Assembly (NCBI GenBank): GCA_048213135.1
Contig: PS015009.1
Span: 1,302,001-1,366,000, forward strand
Source: Reclinomonas americana ATCC 50394
Taxonomy: Eukaryota
Direction: 5' to 3'
DNA: 64,000 nt
Below are positions 9,683 to 19,524 of the stretch, piece after piece. The position numbers and the translations under genes are program-made. A model generated the notes under the pieces. The model worked only from the letters and a program-made list of their open reading frames with translations. It had not been told where the DNA came from and searched no databases. Positions within the stretch are counted from its first letter, which is position 1. Each line of letters opens with the position of its first letter.

Positions 9683-12600
9683 TATTTTTTAGGGGGTTTG
9701 GGTCGTTCAGGTAATTCCAACCCATTAGTAATGTCGTTTCCTCCCAATGTTCTTTCAAAGTCATCACACAACTGGTGTATAATGTCTTGTGTTTCTCTTA
9801 TAAAAAACTCACCTAAATCTTTATTCCTTCGGACAAACTTACGATAGATTTTTGCAAAGTCATTGTAGATCTCTTCATCATCAAAAGTAGAACCCTCATC
9901 CTGCATTTTGGCAATTACTCTTAACCCTGCTTCATCGGTTCGTACATACTCAAAGAGTTTTTCAATCTTGGTTTCAAAGTCCTTTATGAGCTCTTCAATG
10001 GCTTCTTCCTCCTGATTGCGCTTTGCAATGACTTTTAAAATATCAAACTTGTACTGCCTATCACCCGTGCTATTTGTACCTCCATTTATCGGTGGCTTGC
10101 CTTTCACTTTTTCTTTATATTCTGTCGGGGCAATAATTCCAATCTTATTATCAAAGTATATTTCAACATCATCAATAACTTCATCTTGCTTGTTGATGTT
10201 ATTGTATTCATTGTTGAACCTACGCCAAAACTGTAAAAAGTATTCTTCGCTGAACTTTGGCTCTAAATCAATAACAAACTCAATCAGGTTGAGTATTTTG
10301 AAATACTTATTGATGGTGGCTTTAAGTTCTTTTGCTTCCTTCTTTTTTGTGTTGATGAAATCGGCAAAGCCATTTTCAATTTCTATGATTGCGGAAATAT
10401 CCAACTCTTTCTTCTCATACTTTATAAAGTTGGTAACGTGGACTGTGTACACTTCACTTTGCTTCAACGCAGAGTAGTAAATATCTAATTTGGCTTCATC
10501 GCCTAATGGGTCAAAATCACTCACCACTACATTACTGAAATGTTCAAAGGCTTCTTTGATATTCTTTACATTCACATTCTTGTAAGAGAAATCAATAATC
10601 TTACAATCATTTTTGTACTTGGTAGTTCTATTTACTCTTGAAATGGTTTGAATTGCATTGATACCTCTTATTTCTTTATCAAGGAATAGGGTTTGCAACT
10701 TGGGTTCATCAAAGCCTGTTTGTAGCTTATCTACAACGATAATTAAACCGTTTTTCTTAATGGCGAAGTTCTGTAATACCTTTTCTTCTGAAAGACCACC
10801 ATTCAGCGAATTTGCATTTTGGTTTTCCTGCCCATCCGAACTGTAAACAATGTAAATCGGCGCATCTTTAAATCTCTCGTACTTCTTCTGTTTTACTATC
10901 TCAGCAAAGTACTTATCAATGAATTTCTTATACTTGATAGCTGCCTTAATTGAAGATACAGCAAGCATTGCTTTAGCTGTTCCTCTTATGGTGTGGTAAA
11001 CGGTAGACACTAACCTTTCTACAACAAATTTTGATATGGCTTCGATGCGGTCTGAATTAAGATAGATTTTCTTCTTCCTGATTGCGTATTTCTTGCCTTG
11101 TGCATCTATTCCTGTATCTGTATCGTCTGGAATTTCTTCATAGCCCGTATCACCCTCAAAGCCTTCTAATTCGTTATCAGGGATTTCAAAAAACATCTTC
11201 GCTGATACCGGAACAATGCCTTTGATTGGATTAAGAATGTAGCCATCTTCAATAGCTTCCCTCATTGTGTAACTGTCAAAGGGAACCCAAATCTTTTCTG
11301 CCTCTGCGTATTTATTGAACTCTCCAAACCTTGCTAAAGTGTGGTCGCTTGGAGTAGCGGTAAAACCGATAATCAGGTTTTTCTTTTTCTGTTGCTTCTT
11401 ATAGTCTTTACTGTTATCAAAACTGGCTTGCAATTCATCAAACAGTGATACCATTTCTTCATGCTGTGTGCCGCTGTTGCTGCGGTGTATTTCATCAATC
11501 AGAAAGGCAATGCGAAGGGTTGCCAACTTCTTAACTACCTCCGGAGAAAGCACATCTTTAACTGATGCGAACTTCTGAAGATTGACAACTACAATTCTTG
11601 TATCACTTTTTAAGGCATCGGTAAAAGTCTTCTGATTGTATGCCTCTGTGAACATACTTTTCTGAATGTTCATGTTGTGCATCTTTGTATCAAGCTGATC
11701 TCTTAATTGCAGCCTGTCCACAACCAACATTACCTTGTCATAAACATATTCACCGTCTTTGCGAAGGTCTTTAAGTTGCAAGGCTGACCAGCCAATGATA
11801 TTGCTCTTTCCGAAACCTGCTGCATATTGCAAAAGCAATGAGTAAACAGTTTTGTTGTTCTGATACTTCTGCCGTTTAGCAACCAATTCTTCTGCCTGTG
11901 CATCGCCAACGCCTTTTGCTTTGAGTTCCGCCCGTAATTTGTTGATGAAATAGTCCGGTTCATCTTCATGCTCCAAAAACTCATTTATTTTGCTCATTAC
12001 TTTATCAGCACCAAACTTTTGCTTTGGTCGTGGGCTGATAAGCCTTCCATCATTGTGTTTGTATTCTTTTCCTCTGCTGTTCTCTTTCTTCACTAATTCC
12101 CTTTCAATAAAATTGTAATAGAGTATTTCTTTCTCTATCATTTTTTTATCGTACAGGGCTTTAAATACCTCCTCAAAACGTTCTGTTTTATTCCCTGCCT
12201 TATTCAGTAAAGGGTAGGGCTTAAAGTCTTTGAATAGTTTCTTATTGTATGGTTCAAAATCGTAGCTGTCTGAGGTAACTGTATTTTTGATTTCATCAAA
12301 CTGGTTGGTGATATTACGGATTACATAAGTATCGTTAATGTCAGTTGATGTGATGTGAATTGCCTTCTCAAAAATTTTCAGAAACTCCTTGCGGATGGTT
12401 TGGCTTATATCATTGCCATCGGCAATTTCCAAATAAGCCTGTACTGCTTGCAGGTAGTCTTTGGCTACTTTTTTTCTGCCGTTATCCCTGGCGTTTTGAT
12501 TATTGTAGTTGCTTTTAAGTTCGCTGTACCCTAAGAAAATTCCGTTGAGGAAAAAGGACAAATCGGGTCTGAAAGAAAATATCTGTTTGCCTTCGTGTTT

Positions 12601-13005
12601 GAAGGTGTAGGGTAATTCCTGAACTACCGAAAATATGTTTTCATCAAATAGCTTGTCCTCATGTGTTTCGCTGCCGCTTGGATAAAATAAATGCAGTTTT
12701 ACGCCCTCAAATGTTACTGACTTATTGCTGTTAATGAAAATAGCCATGTTCATGGCTTCTTTGATACGCTGGTTCAGAAACTCCATGAACTTATCCAACA
12801 ACTCCTTTTCGCTGCTGAACTTGCGTAATAGCTTTCTGTAATTGTCTTTGTTGAGGGTGGTGCTGCTGATGAAATGTTTCAGGTCTTCTACTACAAAGAA
12901 CTGTGCAGACACAGTATTAGCCTTTACTTCTTTATACCTCAGCCCGTCTGGTCTTTCGGTTAAAAAGTTGACTAAGTATTTATCTTGTAAGTCTAATTCT
13001 TTCAT
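9682..13005 (-). CDS. hsdR: Type I restriction endonuclease subunit R
   Basis: Nuclease motif RPDLSFFLNGIFLGYSELK, Walker A YAAGFGKS, LIDEIHRS, GFTATP, DKLQTGFDEP and QTISRVNR. Confidence 0.92.
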   Translation of the reverse strand: MKELDLQDKYLVNFLTERPDGLRYKEVKANTVSAQFFVVEDLKHFISSTTLNKDNYRKLLRKFSSEKELLDKFMEFLNQRIKEAMNMAIFINSNKSVTFEGVKLHLFYPSGSETHEDKLFDENIFSVVQELPYTFKHEGKQIFSFRPDLSFFLNGIFLGYSELKSNYNNQNARDNGRKKVAKDYLQAVQAYLEIADGNDISQTIRKEFLKIFEKAIHITSTDINDTYVIRNITNQFDEIKNTVTSDSYDFEPYNKKLFKDFKPYPLLNKAGNKTERFEEVFKALYDKKMIEKEILYYNFIERELVKKENSRGKEYKHNDGRLISPRPKQKFGADKVMSKINEFLEHEDEPDYFINKLRAELKAKGVGDAQAEELVAKRQKYQNNKTVYSLLLQYAAGFGKSNIIGWSALQLKDLRKDGEYVYDKVMLVVDRLQLRDQLDTKMHNMNIQKSMFTEAYNQKTFTDALKSDTRIVVVNLQKFASVKDVLSPEVVKKLATLRIAFLIDEIHRSNSGTQHEEMVSLFDELQASFDNSKDYKKQQKKKNLIIGFTATPSDHTLARFGEFNKYAEAEKIWVPFDSYTMREAIEDGYILNPIKGIVPVSAKMFFEIPDNELEGFEGDTGYEEIPDDTDTGIDAQGKKYAIRKKKIYLNSDRIEAISKFVVERLVSTVYHTIRGTAKAMLAVSSIKAAIKYKKFIDKYFAEIVKQKKYERFKDAPIYIVYSSDGQENQNANSLNGGLSEEKVLQNFAIKKNGLIIVVDKLQTGFDEPKLQTLFLDKEIRGINAIQTISRVNRTTKYKNDCKIIDFSYKNVNVKNIKEAFEHFSNVVVSDFDPLGDEAKLDIYYSALKQSEVYTVHVTNFIKYEKKELDISAIIEIENGFADFINTKKKEAKELKATINKYFKILNLIEFVIDLEPKFSEEYFLQFWRRFNNEYNNINKQDEVIDDVEIYFDNKIGIIAPTEYKEKVKGKPPINGGTNSTGDRQYKFDILKVIAKRNQEEEAIEELIKDFETKIEKLFEYVRTDEAGLRVIAKMQDEGSTFDDEEIYNDFAKIYRKFVRRNKDLGEFFIRETQDIIHQLCDDFERTLGGNDITNGLELPERPKPPKK

Positions 13006-13008
13006 GCC

Positions 13009-14358
13009 TTATTCAGTTACTTTTAGTTTACCAGTTACTACATCATTGATTAAGGTTTTACGCAACTCTTTTAAGCTGTCAATCTGTAATTTGATGTTTG
13101 CAACTATGGCTTCAATGGTTGTTGTCTTTTTATCCAAATGCTCTGCAATGGCTGTTTGCTCTTCCACTGGTGGAATGACAAATTCAAAATCACTCACTTT
13201 CTCCATCTTCAAGTTAATCCGGGTAAAGCCTTTACCCTGCACTATGAATTTATCACGGAATGCAGGTGAGTTTAACAAGTAGTTCAGGTACTTTGGAACT
13301 ACTGATTTTTTTGTAATGCGATAGCCTTTGCAAAAGCTATTCAAATAAGTGTCTTTCACATCTTCAATTAGCAAGGCAGATTTGCCGATGTCGGCAAAGC
13401 CTTCTGAACTCATAAGAAAAAACAGGTCGTTCTTTTTTACCTTGTTCTGTCTTTCGTTTTCTTCCATTAAAACAGTATGCAAATCTTCGTGGTTGATGTA
13501 CTTGTTATTTGCAATGTTTGTGAATGGAATATAATGCTGTGAATAATCGCTTACCTCCTGATTGAAGTGTTCACCCGTTTTGCCGGATAAGCCACTGTAT
13601 AAATAGCCCACATCCTTTAAGCGTTTTACTTGCCAGTGTTTTGGTATTTCACCAATCCATTCAATTCCGCTATCCTTTAATGGCACATTCTTATCTAAGC
13701 CTTTGCAAACTGCTTCATTTATTAATGACCTGCTTAGCTCTTTGTAGAGGATAACTTTGCGTTCTAATAGGGTTATTTCATTATCAATTACTGCGGTCTT
13801 TTTGTCTAAAAATGTAGATATTGATATTTGCTCAGAAAGTGGAGGTAGTAATAATTCTAATGCTTTTGTATTGGTTTGAGTAAAAATAGGCATGGTTGTG
13901 TAATTACACCAGCCTAACAATGTATTACCAATAACTATCATCTGATAAAAGCAGAATTTAGGATATACCCGCTTTGTATTGGGAACCAAAACGTTGATTT
14001 GTTGGTTACATCCAGCAGCTACTGAAGAAATGCCGACCTTGCCAAGTGAAGCTCCGATTCCAACGAGAAAAATTGAGTTGATAGGAAATACTTCTATTTC
14101 TTTCTCTAAAATAGCTTTTTTAATGACTTTTCTATTTGAAACGCTAATTGAATTACCATTTATATCGCCAGGCGTAAACCAACATTCTGTTCCATCGCTA
14201 AAAAAATCTCCATTCGCTGAAGAAGGTGTTGAGCCAGTTTTCACCTTTTTTGAAAGTTCCTTTAACCTAATTATTCCCCAATGTTGGGGCACGTTGGTAA
14301 ACCATAAAATGCCTGAGCTTTTATATTCACTATATTTATTTTTTAAACTCAAACTCAT
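13009..14358 (-). CDS. hsdS: Type I restriction-modification specificity subunit S
   Basis: Two target-recognition domains separated by conserved LPPLSEQ / KDSGIEWIGEIPKHW repeats; ends PPVEEQTAI...LINDVVTGK. Confidence 0.93.
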   Translation of the reverse strand: MSLSLKNKYSEYKSSGILWFTNVPQHWGIIRLKELSKKVKTGSTPSSANGDFFSDGTECWFTPGDINGNSISVSNRKVIKKAILEKEIEVFPINSIFLVGIGASLGKVGISSVAAGCNQQINVLVPNTKRVYPKFCFYQMIVIGNTLLGWCNYTTMPIFTQTNTKALELLLPPLSEQISISTFLDKKTAVIDNEITLLERKVILYKELSRSLINEAVCKGLDKNVPLKDSGIEWIGEIPKHWQVKRLKDVGYLYSGLSGKTGEHFNQEVSDYSQHYIPFTNIANNKYINHEDLHTVLMEENERQNKVKKNDLFFLMSSEGFADIGKSALLIEDVKDTYLNSFCKGYRITKKSVVPKYLNYLLNSPAFRDKFIVQGKGFTRINLKMEKVSDFEFVIPPVEEQTAIAEHLDKKTTTIEAIVANIKLQIDSLKELRKTLINDVVTGKLKVTE

Positions 14359-16430
14359 GCTGATAGCTCTTTTTCAAGTTTCTTTAATTCGTCTTCCAGT
14401 GCAGTCAAGCTGGAAGTAATTAAGGCAACGTCTTTTAGTTTCTCAGGCTTGTAAAAAACCTTGCTAAAGTTGACTTCTGCACCAATAACATTGTCTAAAT
14501 ATCTAAAGGGTTTGAATACATACTTAGCCATGAAAGCATCGATCCATTTTTGGTTTTCAGCTTCATCAGGTGAGTAAGGAATTATCTCATAGTCTTTTTG
14601 ATAATCCGGTGTTAGCTCCGCTGTAATTTCTATGTAAGCCTCTTTTTTTGCTGTTGCCTTCTTAAAGCTGCTTTTCAACAAAATTTTACCGCAGCCTAAT
14701 TCTTTTTTCTTACCCTTCGTTTCTTCAATCAAAGTGTCTTTATCTGCATCGTACCAATACACAGACTTATCGGTATAAACTTTCAGGTCGGTTTCTTTGT
14801 AGTCTAAGGCTGCAACTTTGGGGCTGATATTTTTTTCGTAATAGTCCAGGAGTGAAGTGTATTGCTTACTGTCAAACTCTGTTATTTCAAACTCCGTAAT
14901 TTCGGTTGTTGCATCTTCATCAATCTGTACAATTTTAACCGGGTCTAACTTTTGAGATTTTGCCCTTACTTCTTCACCGTCTTTGTTGATTTTTACTGGC
15001 AATAGGGTTTCAAATGTTTTTCCTTTTTCATCAATATTGGTAAGCATGATTGCCTGACGGTTGTAATAGAAGTACCACTTGTCAAAGACTTTAGAAAATT
15101 CATTGTCCCTGAACTCTGCTAATGCCTTTACAATGGCTTCCCTGTTTTCGAGTTCCATGTATTTACGTTTCTTACCTCTGCTTTTCTTTAATGGTTTGTA
15201 AAGCTCACTTGCATTGATAAGAATTATTTTGTCCTTACGTTTTTTTGCTTTGTTCTTATTGAATACCCACAAGTAAGTGTAAATGCCTGTGTTGAAAAAT
15301 TCATCTGTTGGCATCTGAATAATGGCTTCAACAATATCTTCATCCAAAAAGTATTTCCTGATGTTACTTTCACCACTTCCTGCATCACCACTAAACAATG
15401 TTGAGCCATTATGAACTACAACGGAAACTCCATCATCTGCTAATTGTGAAACGATGTGTTGTGTAAATAAAAATTGACCGTCTGAAATGGAAGGCAAATC
15501 AATAAACCTGCCTGTAGTGTCGTTCTCAATATCTTTTTTGTAACCTTTCCAATCAACACCGTAAGGTGGGTTTGCTACGACTATATCAAACTTCTTTTCA
15601 ATGAAAGAAATATTGGTGAGTGTATTTCCATAACGAATGTCCGCATCAACTCTAAACCTGCTTTCAATCTTTGCTAACGCATAAAGGCTGTCGCTCCAAT
15701 CTTCACCAAAGGTTTTTGTTGGTCGGTTGAAAGTGGCTTTGATATTGTCCTCCACACCAAACAACAAGTTACCGCCTCCACAAGTGGGGTCATAAATGGT
15801 AAGGAACTTACCGTTGTTGTCTAGCTTGGAAGTAATGATTTCAGAAATGAGGAAAATAATATCATCAGGTGTGTATTGCTCTCCGGCTGTTTCTGCTGAT
15901 ATATCAGCCCACTTGCGTTTGATGTGTTCTTCAAGTGTTGTTATTTCAGAGTTGTTGAACGGTGTTAAATCAATCTCACTCCATGCCTTGACTGTATCAA
16001 ACAGGATGCGTTTCTTTTTTAGTTGTCCGCTGATACCAGATATATCCAAAAACTTTTCTTCTTCAGTGCCTTTATCAACTCCCAACAAATATTTTGTTTC
16101 GGGGTCAAAGGCTTTTAGGTAAGCATGAAAATCTACATCAAAAGCCTTGTCATTTTTGCAGATGTCTTTAAGGGTTTTGTTTTCGCGAACTACAAAATCA
16201 TTGTACCCTAATCCATCCTCTTTAAACTCCTCAATGAAAGCATCTATATCACTTCTTCCAAAATCTTCTTCTAATGTCCTTGCATGGCGTATTAACCTAC
16301 TTTCAACCATGATAAGGGCAAAGTATGGCATCATGAATTTTGGGAAATCGCTTTGCTTAATTCCTGCACCGATTAATAAATCGGCTGTGCTCCAAACTTT
16401 GCCTTCGTATTGTAAAATATTTGCTGGCAT
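14355..16430 (-). CDS. hsdM: Type I restriction-modification N6-adenine methyltransferase subunit M
   Basis: AGEQYTP, SAM-binding YDPTCGGGNLL, catalytic ANPPY, LFSGDAGSGESNIR and FFNTGIYTY. Confidence 0.93.
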   Translation of the reverse strand: MPANILQYEGKVWSTADLLIGAGIKQSDFPKFMMPYFALIMVESRLIRHARTLEEDFGRSDIDAFIEEFKEDGLGYNDFVVRENKTLKDICKNDKAFDVDFHAYLKAFDPETKYLLGVDKGTEEEKFLDISGISGQLKKKRILFDTVKAWSEIDLTPFNNSEITTLEEHIKRKWADISAETAGEQYTPDDIIFLISEIITSKLDNNGKFLTIYDPTCGGGNLLFGVEDNIKATFNRPTKTFGEDWSDSLYALAKIESRFRVDADIRYGNTLTNISFIEKKFDIVVANPPYGVDWKGYKKDIENDTTGRFIDLPSISDGQFLFTQHIVSQLADDGVSVVVHNGSTLFSGDAGSGESNIRKYFLDEDIVEAIIQMPTDEFFNTGIYTYLWVFNKNKAKKRKDKIILINASELYKPLKKSRGKKRKYMELENREAIVKALAEFRDNEFSKVFDKWYFYYNRQAIMLTNIDEKGKTFETLLPVKINKDGEEVRAKSQKLDPVKIVQIDEDATTEITEFEITEFDSKQYTSLLDYYEKNISPKVAALDYKETDLKVYTDKSVYWYDADKDTLIEETKGKKKELGCGKILLKSSFKKATAKKEAYIEITAELTPDYQKDYEIIPYSPDEAENQKWIDAFMAKYVFKPFRYLDNVIGAEVNFSKVFYKPEKLKDVALITSSLTALEDELKKLEKELSA

Positions 16431-16490
16431 TCTAAAATTGATTTGTATCCTATTTTATAACGTTATTTAAAATTAATCTTACGTAATTAT

Positions 16491-16700
16491 TTATGTCTTA
16501 CTCTTCACCAACAACTCCCTCACATCCACATCCAAAGCTTCCGCTATTTCATAAAGACTTTCTACAGTAGGCTGCATGGTATTGGTACACCATTTAGATA
16601 CTGTTGTCCTGTTTACGCCCAAAGCTTCGGCCAGCCAGTTATTAGTTTTTCCTTTTTCAGCCAGTACGGCTTTAATACGGTTTGCAGCCTTTTTCTCCAT
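16491..16700 (-). CDS. XRE-family HTH transcriptional regulator upstream of hsdM
   Basis: 69 aa: NRIKAVLAEKGKTNNWLAEALGVNRTTVSKWCTN..QP..LYEIAEALDV. Confidence 0.9.
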   Translation of the reverse strand: MEKKAANRIKAVLAEKGKTNNWLAEALGVNRTTVSKWCTNTMQPTVESLYEIAEALDVDVRELLVKSKT

Positions 16701-16796
16701 CTTTTCCGCTTTCAGATTAATTAATGCAGAAAAATAAGCAGATTAAAATATCTCATTTTAGCAGAAAAACAGCCTACAACTGTTCAATTAAATGCT

Positions 16797-16820
16797 AAAT
16801 AGCAATTAATATTGCTATTT
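16797..16820. promoter_or_regulatory. Perfect palindrome, candidate operator for the XRE regulator
   Basis: AAATAGCAAT-TAAT-ATTGCTATTT lies between divergent genes, next to a TACATTTG -7 promoter element at 16835. Confidence 0.5.
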
Positions 16821-16857
16821 ACTGTTTTTTTGAATACATTTGAACAAATTTTACTTT

Positions 16858-17181
16858 ATGAAAATTACAACTTCACCCTTCACCCCCGTCAACCTCCCCT
16901 TACCCCTCCTCGACCTCCACAAAAACTTCATCACCCACCAAACCCCCGAAGCCGCCTGGGCCATTGTAAAGGAGTTCTTTTTCTGCTTTTCGCCCGGCGG
17001 CATACAGTCAGAAATGTGGCAGTTGTTATCCGGGGCGCTCACCAGTAAGCAAATGCCCGTGCTTAAAAAACCCGTCAGCCGGCATAACCTTATCTTCTTT
17101 TATGAGTTCACCCTCCTGTTCACCCAGGCCGTTAACCTGTTGCTCCAGCAGCAAAAAGAGCAGCAGGCCGCAGCCCAATAA
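16858..17181 (+). CDS. Hypothetical protein
   Basis: 107-aa ORF downstream of a TACATTTG promoter element and followed by a GC hairpin at about 17206-17230. Confidence 0.6.
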   Translation: MKITTSPFTPVNLPLPLLDLHKNFITHQTPEAAWAIVKEFFFCFSPGGIQSEMWQLLSGALTSKQMPVLKKPVSRHNLIFFYEFTLLFTQAVNLLLQQQKEQQAAAQ

Positions 17182-17490
17182 ACCTGTAGTATATATCCAA
17201 TAACAGGCGCAGCCACTCCCGGCTGCGCCCTATCGTAAATGGTAAATCACCAACCGGCCCCTTCGCGGCTTTGCGGAATTAAACCCAAACCACTCAATCA
17301 TCACAATTCCCAACAATAAATTGTCAATGGTAAATCCTGCAAAAAAACGTCCAATAATATACAAAAGTGTTCAATGCAACTCATTGTCTTACAAAACTTT
17401 GTACGCTTAAATGCATTCCTGCCATCCACCGGCTCCTTTTCCTTATTTTCCCTCTTTATCAATTTTCAAACCTATAAAAACAAAAACACC

Positions 17491-18240
17491 ATGCCCTCAA
17501 CATCAGAAACCGGCCACGCCAAAAATGTGGCCAATTTTGAAGATCTTATTGCTTTCTGTAAATCTTACGGTGCCACCTACAATCCATCCCGGCCCGCATT
17601 GCAGATTGCCTCGCTGGAGTTGTTACGTGCAGAGGCCAATGCCAAACAGCAGCAGGTAAAAGCGGCCCGCACCGCGTTCGACAATGCTACCAACGCCCGC
17701 CGCCAGGCTTTTAAACCCCTGCGTTTTCTTTGCACACGCCTTGTCAATGCCATCGCCGCTTCAGGTGCCGGCCCATTGGCCGTGGCCGATGCCCGCACCA
17801 TCAATCGTAAAATACAGGGTGCAAAAGCGCCTTCTGGCAAAACACAACCCATTGCAACCGATCCTGCATCTCCGGCTTCCACGCCTAAAAGCATCTCCAT
17901 TTACCAGCAAAGCTTTGATAGTTTGGTCGATCACCTCGCCAAACTGCAGGAGCTTATCGCCCAGCAGAATGGCTATGCACCCAACGAGGCCGATCTAAGT
18001 GCAGTGGGCGTCAGCAATTACATCAAACAATTGCACCAGGCCAACTCCGGCGTCATCAGCACCTTCACCAACTGGAGCAACGCCCGTGTCCAGCGCGATG
18101 AAACCTTGTACAACCCGCTCAGCGGTCTAGTGCCGGCAGCGCTTTCCGTCAGGCTCTATGTAAAATCCATTTTCGGCGGCGCAAGTCCGCAATACAGGCA
18201 GGTAAGCGCCATCCCTTTCCGGTCCATTCCCGGTAAGTAA
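17491..18240 (+). CDS. Hypothetical helical protein (MPSTSETGHAKNVANF type)
   Basis: ATG follows an A-rich leader, codon usage is host-like, and a terminator follows. Confidence 0.75.
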   Translation: MPSTSETGHAKNVANFEDLIAFCKSYGATYNPSRPALQIASLELLRAEANAKQQQVKAARTAFDNATNARRQAFKPLRFLCTRLVNAIAASGAGPLAVADARTINRKIQGAKAPSGKTQPIATDPASPASTPKSISIYQQSFDSLVDHLAKLQELIAQQNGYAPNEADLSAVGVSNYIKQLHQANSGVISTFTNWSNARVQRDETLYNPLSGLVPAALSVRLYVKSIFGGASPQYRQVSAIPFRSIPGK

Positions 18241-18258
18241 GGGTGTTTTATATTACAG

Positions 18259-18288
18259 GGGTCAGCCATTACCGGCTGGCCTTTTTTT
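18259..18288 (+). terminator. Rho-independent terminator
   Basis: GGTCAGCC-ATTACC-GGCTGGCC followed by T7. Confidence 0.75.
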
Positions 18289-18326
18289 ATTAGGCAGGCT
18301 TTCCGTCCATTCTCCCTTGTCAACAC

Positions 18327-18599
18327 ATAGTATTCATAGGTGCGCAGCTGGTATAGGTAGCCACACGCATAGTAATCGTAAGTGCACAAATAGTATGTAC
18401 AGGTGCGCAGACAGCATAATTAAGTGCACGCATAGTATAGCAAGGTGTGTAGGTAGTATATTAAAGTGCATGAATAGCATAAGCAGGCGCACAGATGGTA
18501 TTATAGTCCGCTCTAATAGTACAGCTGGTCGTATGAGTAGTATAGACTAATGCAAGCATAGTATCAGTAAATGCACTGATAGTATAAGCTCGTGCACGC
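18327..18599. repeat. Degenerate 21-bp tandem repeat, 13 units
   Basis: Units with consensus ATAGTATnnnnAnGTGCACnn begin at 18327, 18348, 18369 ... 18579, in exact 21-bp register. Confidence 0.85.
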
Positions 18600-18639
18600 C
18601 CAATAATTCCTTATCATTGCACCCTCAACACCTTCCAAC

Positions 18640-19005
18640 ATGAAAAAACTGTCTTTCCTCCTCCTGGCCTCCCTCTTTTGCGGATCTGTATTCGCCCAAA
18701 CCGAAATAAAGATCGAGGATATTAAAAACCACATCGGCGATTCGGTGAAAATATGCGCCAAAATATATGGCGGGGTGTTCCTGGGCCGTACCGATAATAA
18801 ACCCACCTTCCTTAACGTGGGCGGCGACTACCCCAACGCACCCCTTACCGTGGTAATTTGGCCACCCGTAAGGGCCACCTATGCCGGGCAGGAAAACCCC
18901 GAAACCTATTACAAAGGCAAAACAGTATGCATTTACGGCAAACTGGTACTGTACAAAGAAAAACCGCAGATTGTGATTGAGGATAAGAAGCAGATTGTGG
19001 AATGA
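18640..19005 (+). CDS. Secreted OB-fold-like hypothetical protein
   Basis: Signal peptide, then PTFLNVGGDYPNAPLTVVIW...YKGKTVCIYGKLVLYKEKPQI. Confidence 0.75.
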   Translation: MKKLSFLLLASLFCGSVFAQTEIKIEDIKNHIGDSVKICAKIYGGVFLGRTDNKPTFLNVGGDYPNAPLTVVIWPPVRATYAGQENPETYYKGKTVCIYGKLVLYKEKPQIVIEDKKQIVE

Positions 19006-19242
19006 GTGGATGTGCGAGTGGGAGAATATGCAGATGTGCGGATGATGGTAGTAAGTATTGAGTATAAAGACAGAACCGCCCGGTTTAGATAAATCCATCC
19101 CCATACTTGTTACCAGGCTCCTTTAGCGGTAAAAAAAGACGATGAATGATATGCGGTACAAGTGAGTGACCCGCCTTTGGACGGGCAAGCTACAACGATG
19201 ATGCCATGAAAAACCAATGCCGGTAACAAAATCTCTGATCAA

Positions 19243-19320
19243 TAAGCAGTAGATAGGCCCGGGGTTCGAGTCCCAGCGGGATCACAAAAGGGTCATTGGT
19301 TCGAATCCAATCCGGATCAC
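19243..19320 (+). other. Two tandem tRNA 3'-half fragments (probably tRNA-Arg); possible att-site scars
   Basis: GGGGTTCGAGTCCCAGCGGGATCAC (19261-19285, preceded by TAAGCAGTAG) and GGGTCATTGGTTCGAATCCAATCCGGATCAC (19290-19320, perfect T-stem ATTGG/CCAAT). No 5' halves are visible. Confidence 0.7.
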
Positions 19321-19323
19321 CCT

Positions 19324-19440
19324 CACCGGGGTCCCCTTCGGGAGACCCCGTCGGAACATTACGAGTAGCTAGTATTGAGACGGGTTGCCCGGTATGGCTA
19401 ACTCCTTCCGCATACTCAATACCTGATCCTTGCTACTAAT
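19324..19440 (-). repeat. Dispersed copy of the composite REP-like unit, reverse orientation
   Basis: CACCGGGGTCCCCTTCGGGAGACCCCGTCGGAAC is the near reverse complement of the array core and is followed by heptamer arms. Confidence 0.8.
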
Positions 19441-19524
19441 TCCTAAATTTTTTCCTTCCTTCCCTCTTTCATTCCTTCTTTATTAAATACCTTTGTTTCC
19501 TCACTTTCACTCCACCATTTATTT

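Noticed and set aside
18327-18599. DGR template or CRISPR-like element
   Set aside because: There is no reverse transcriptase, no paired variable repeat and no unique spacers.
19243-19320. Intact tRNA gene
   Set aside because: Only T-arms and 3' acceptor strands are present; there is no D-arm or matching 5' acceptor strand.
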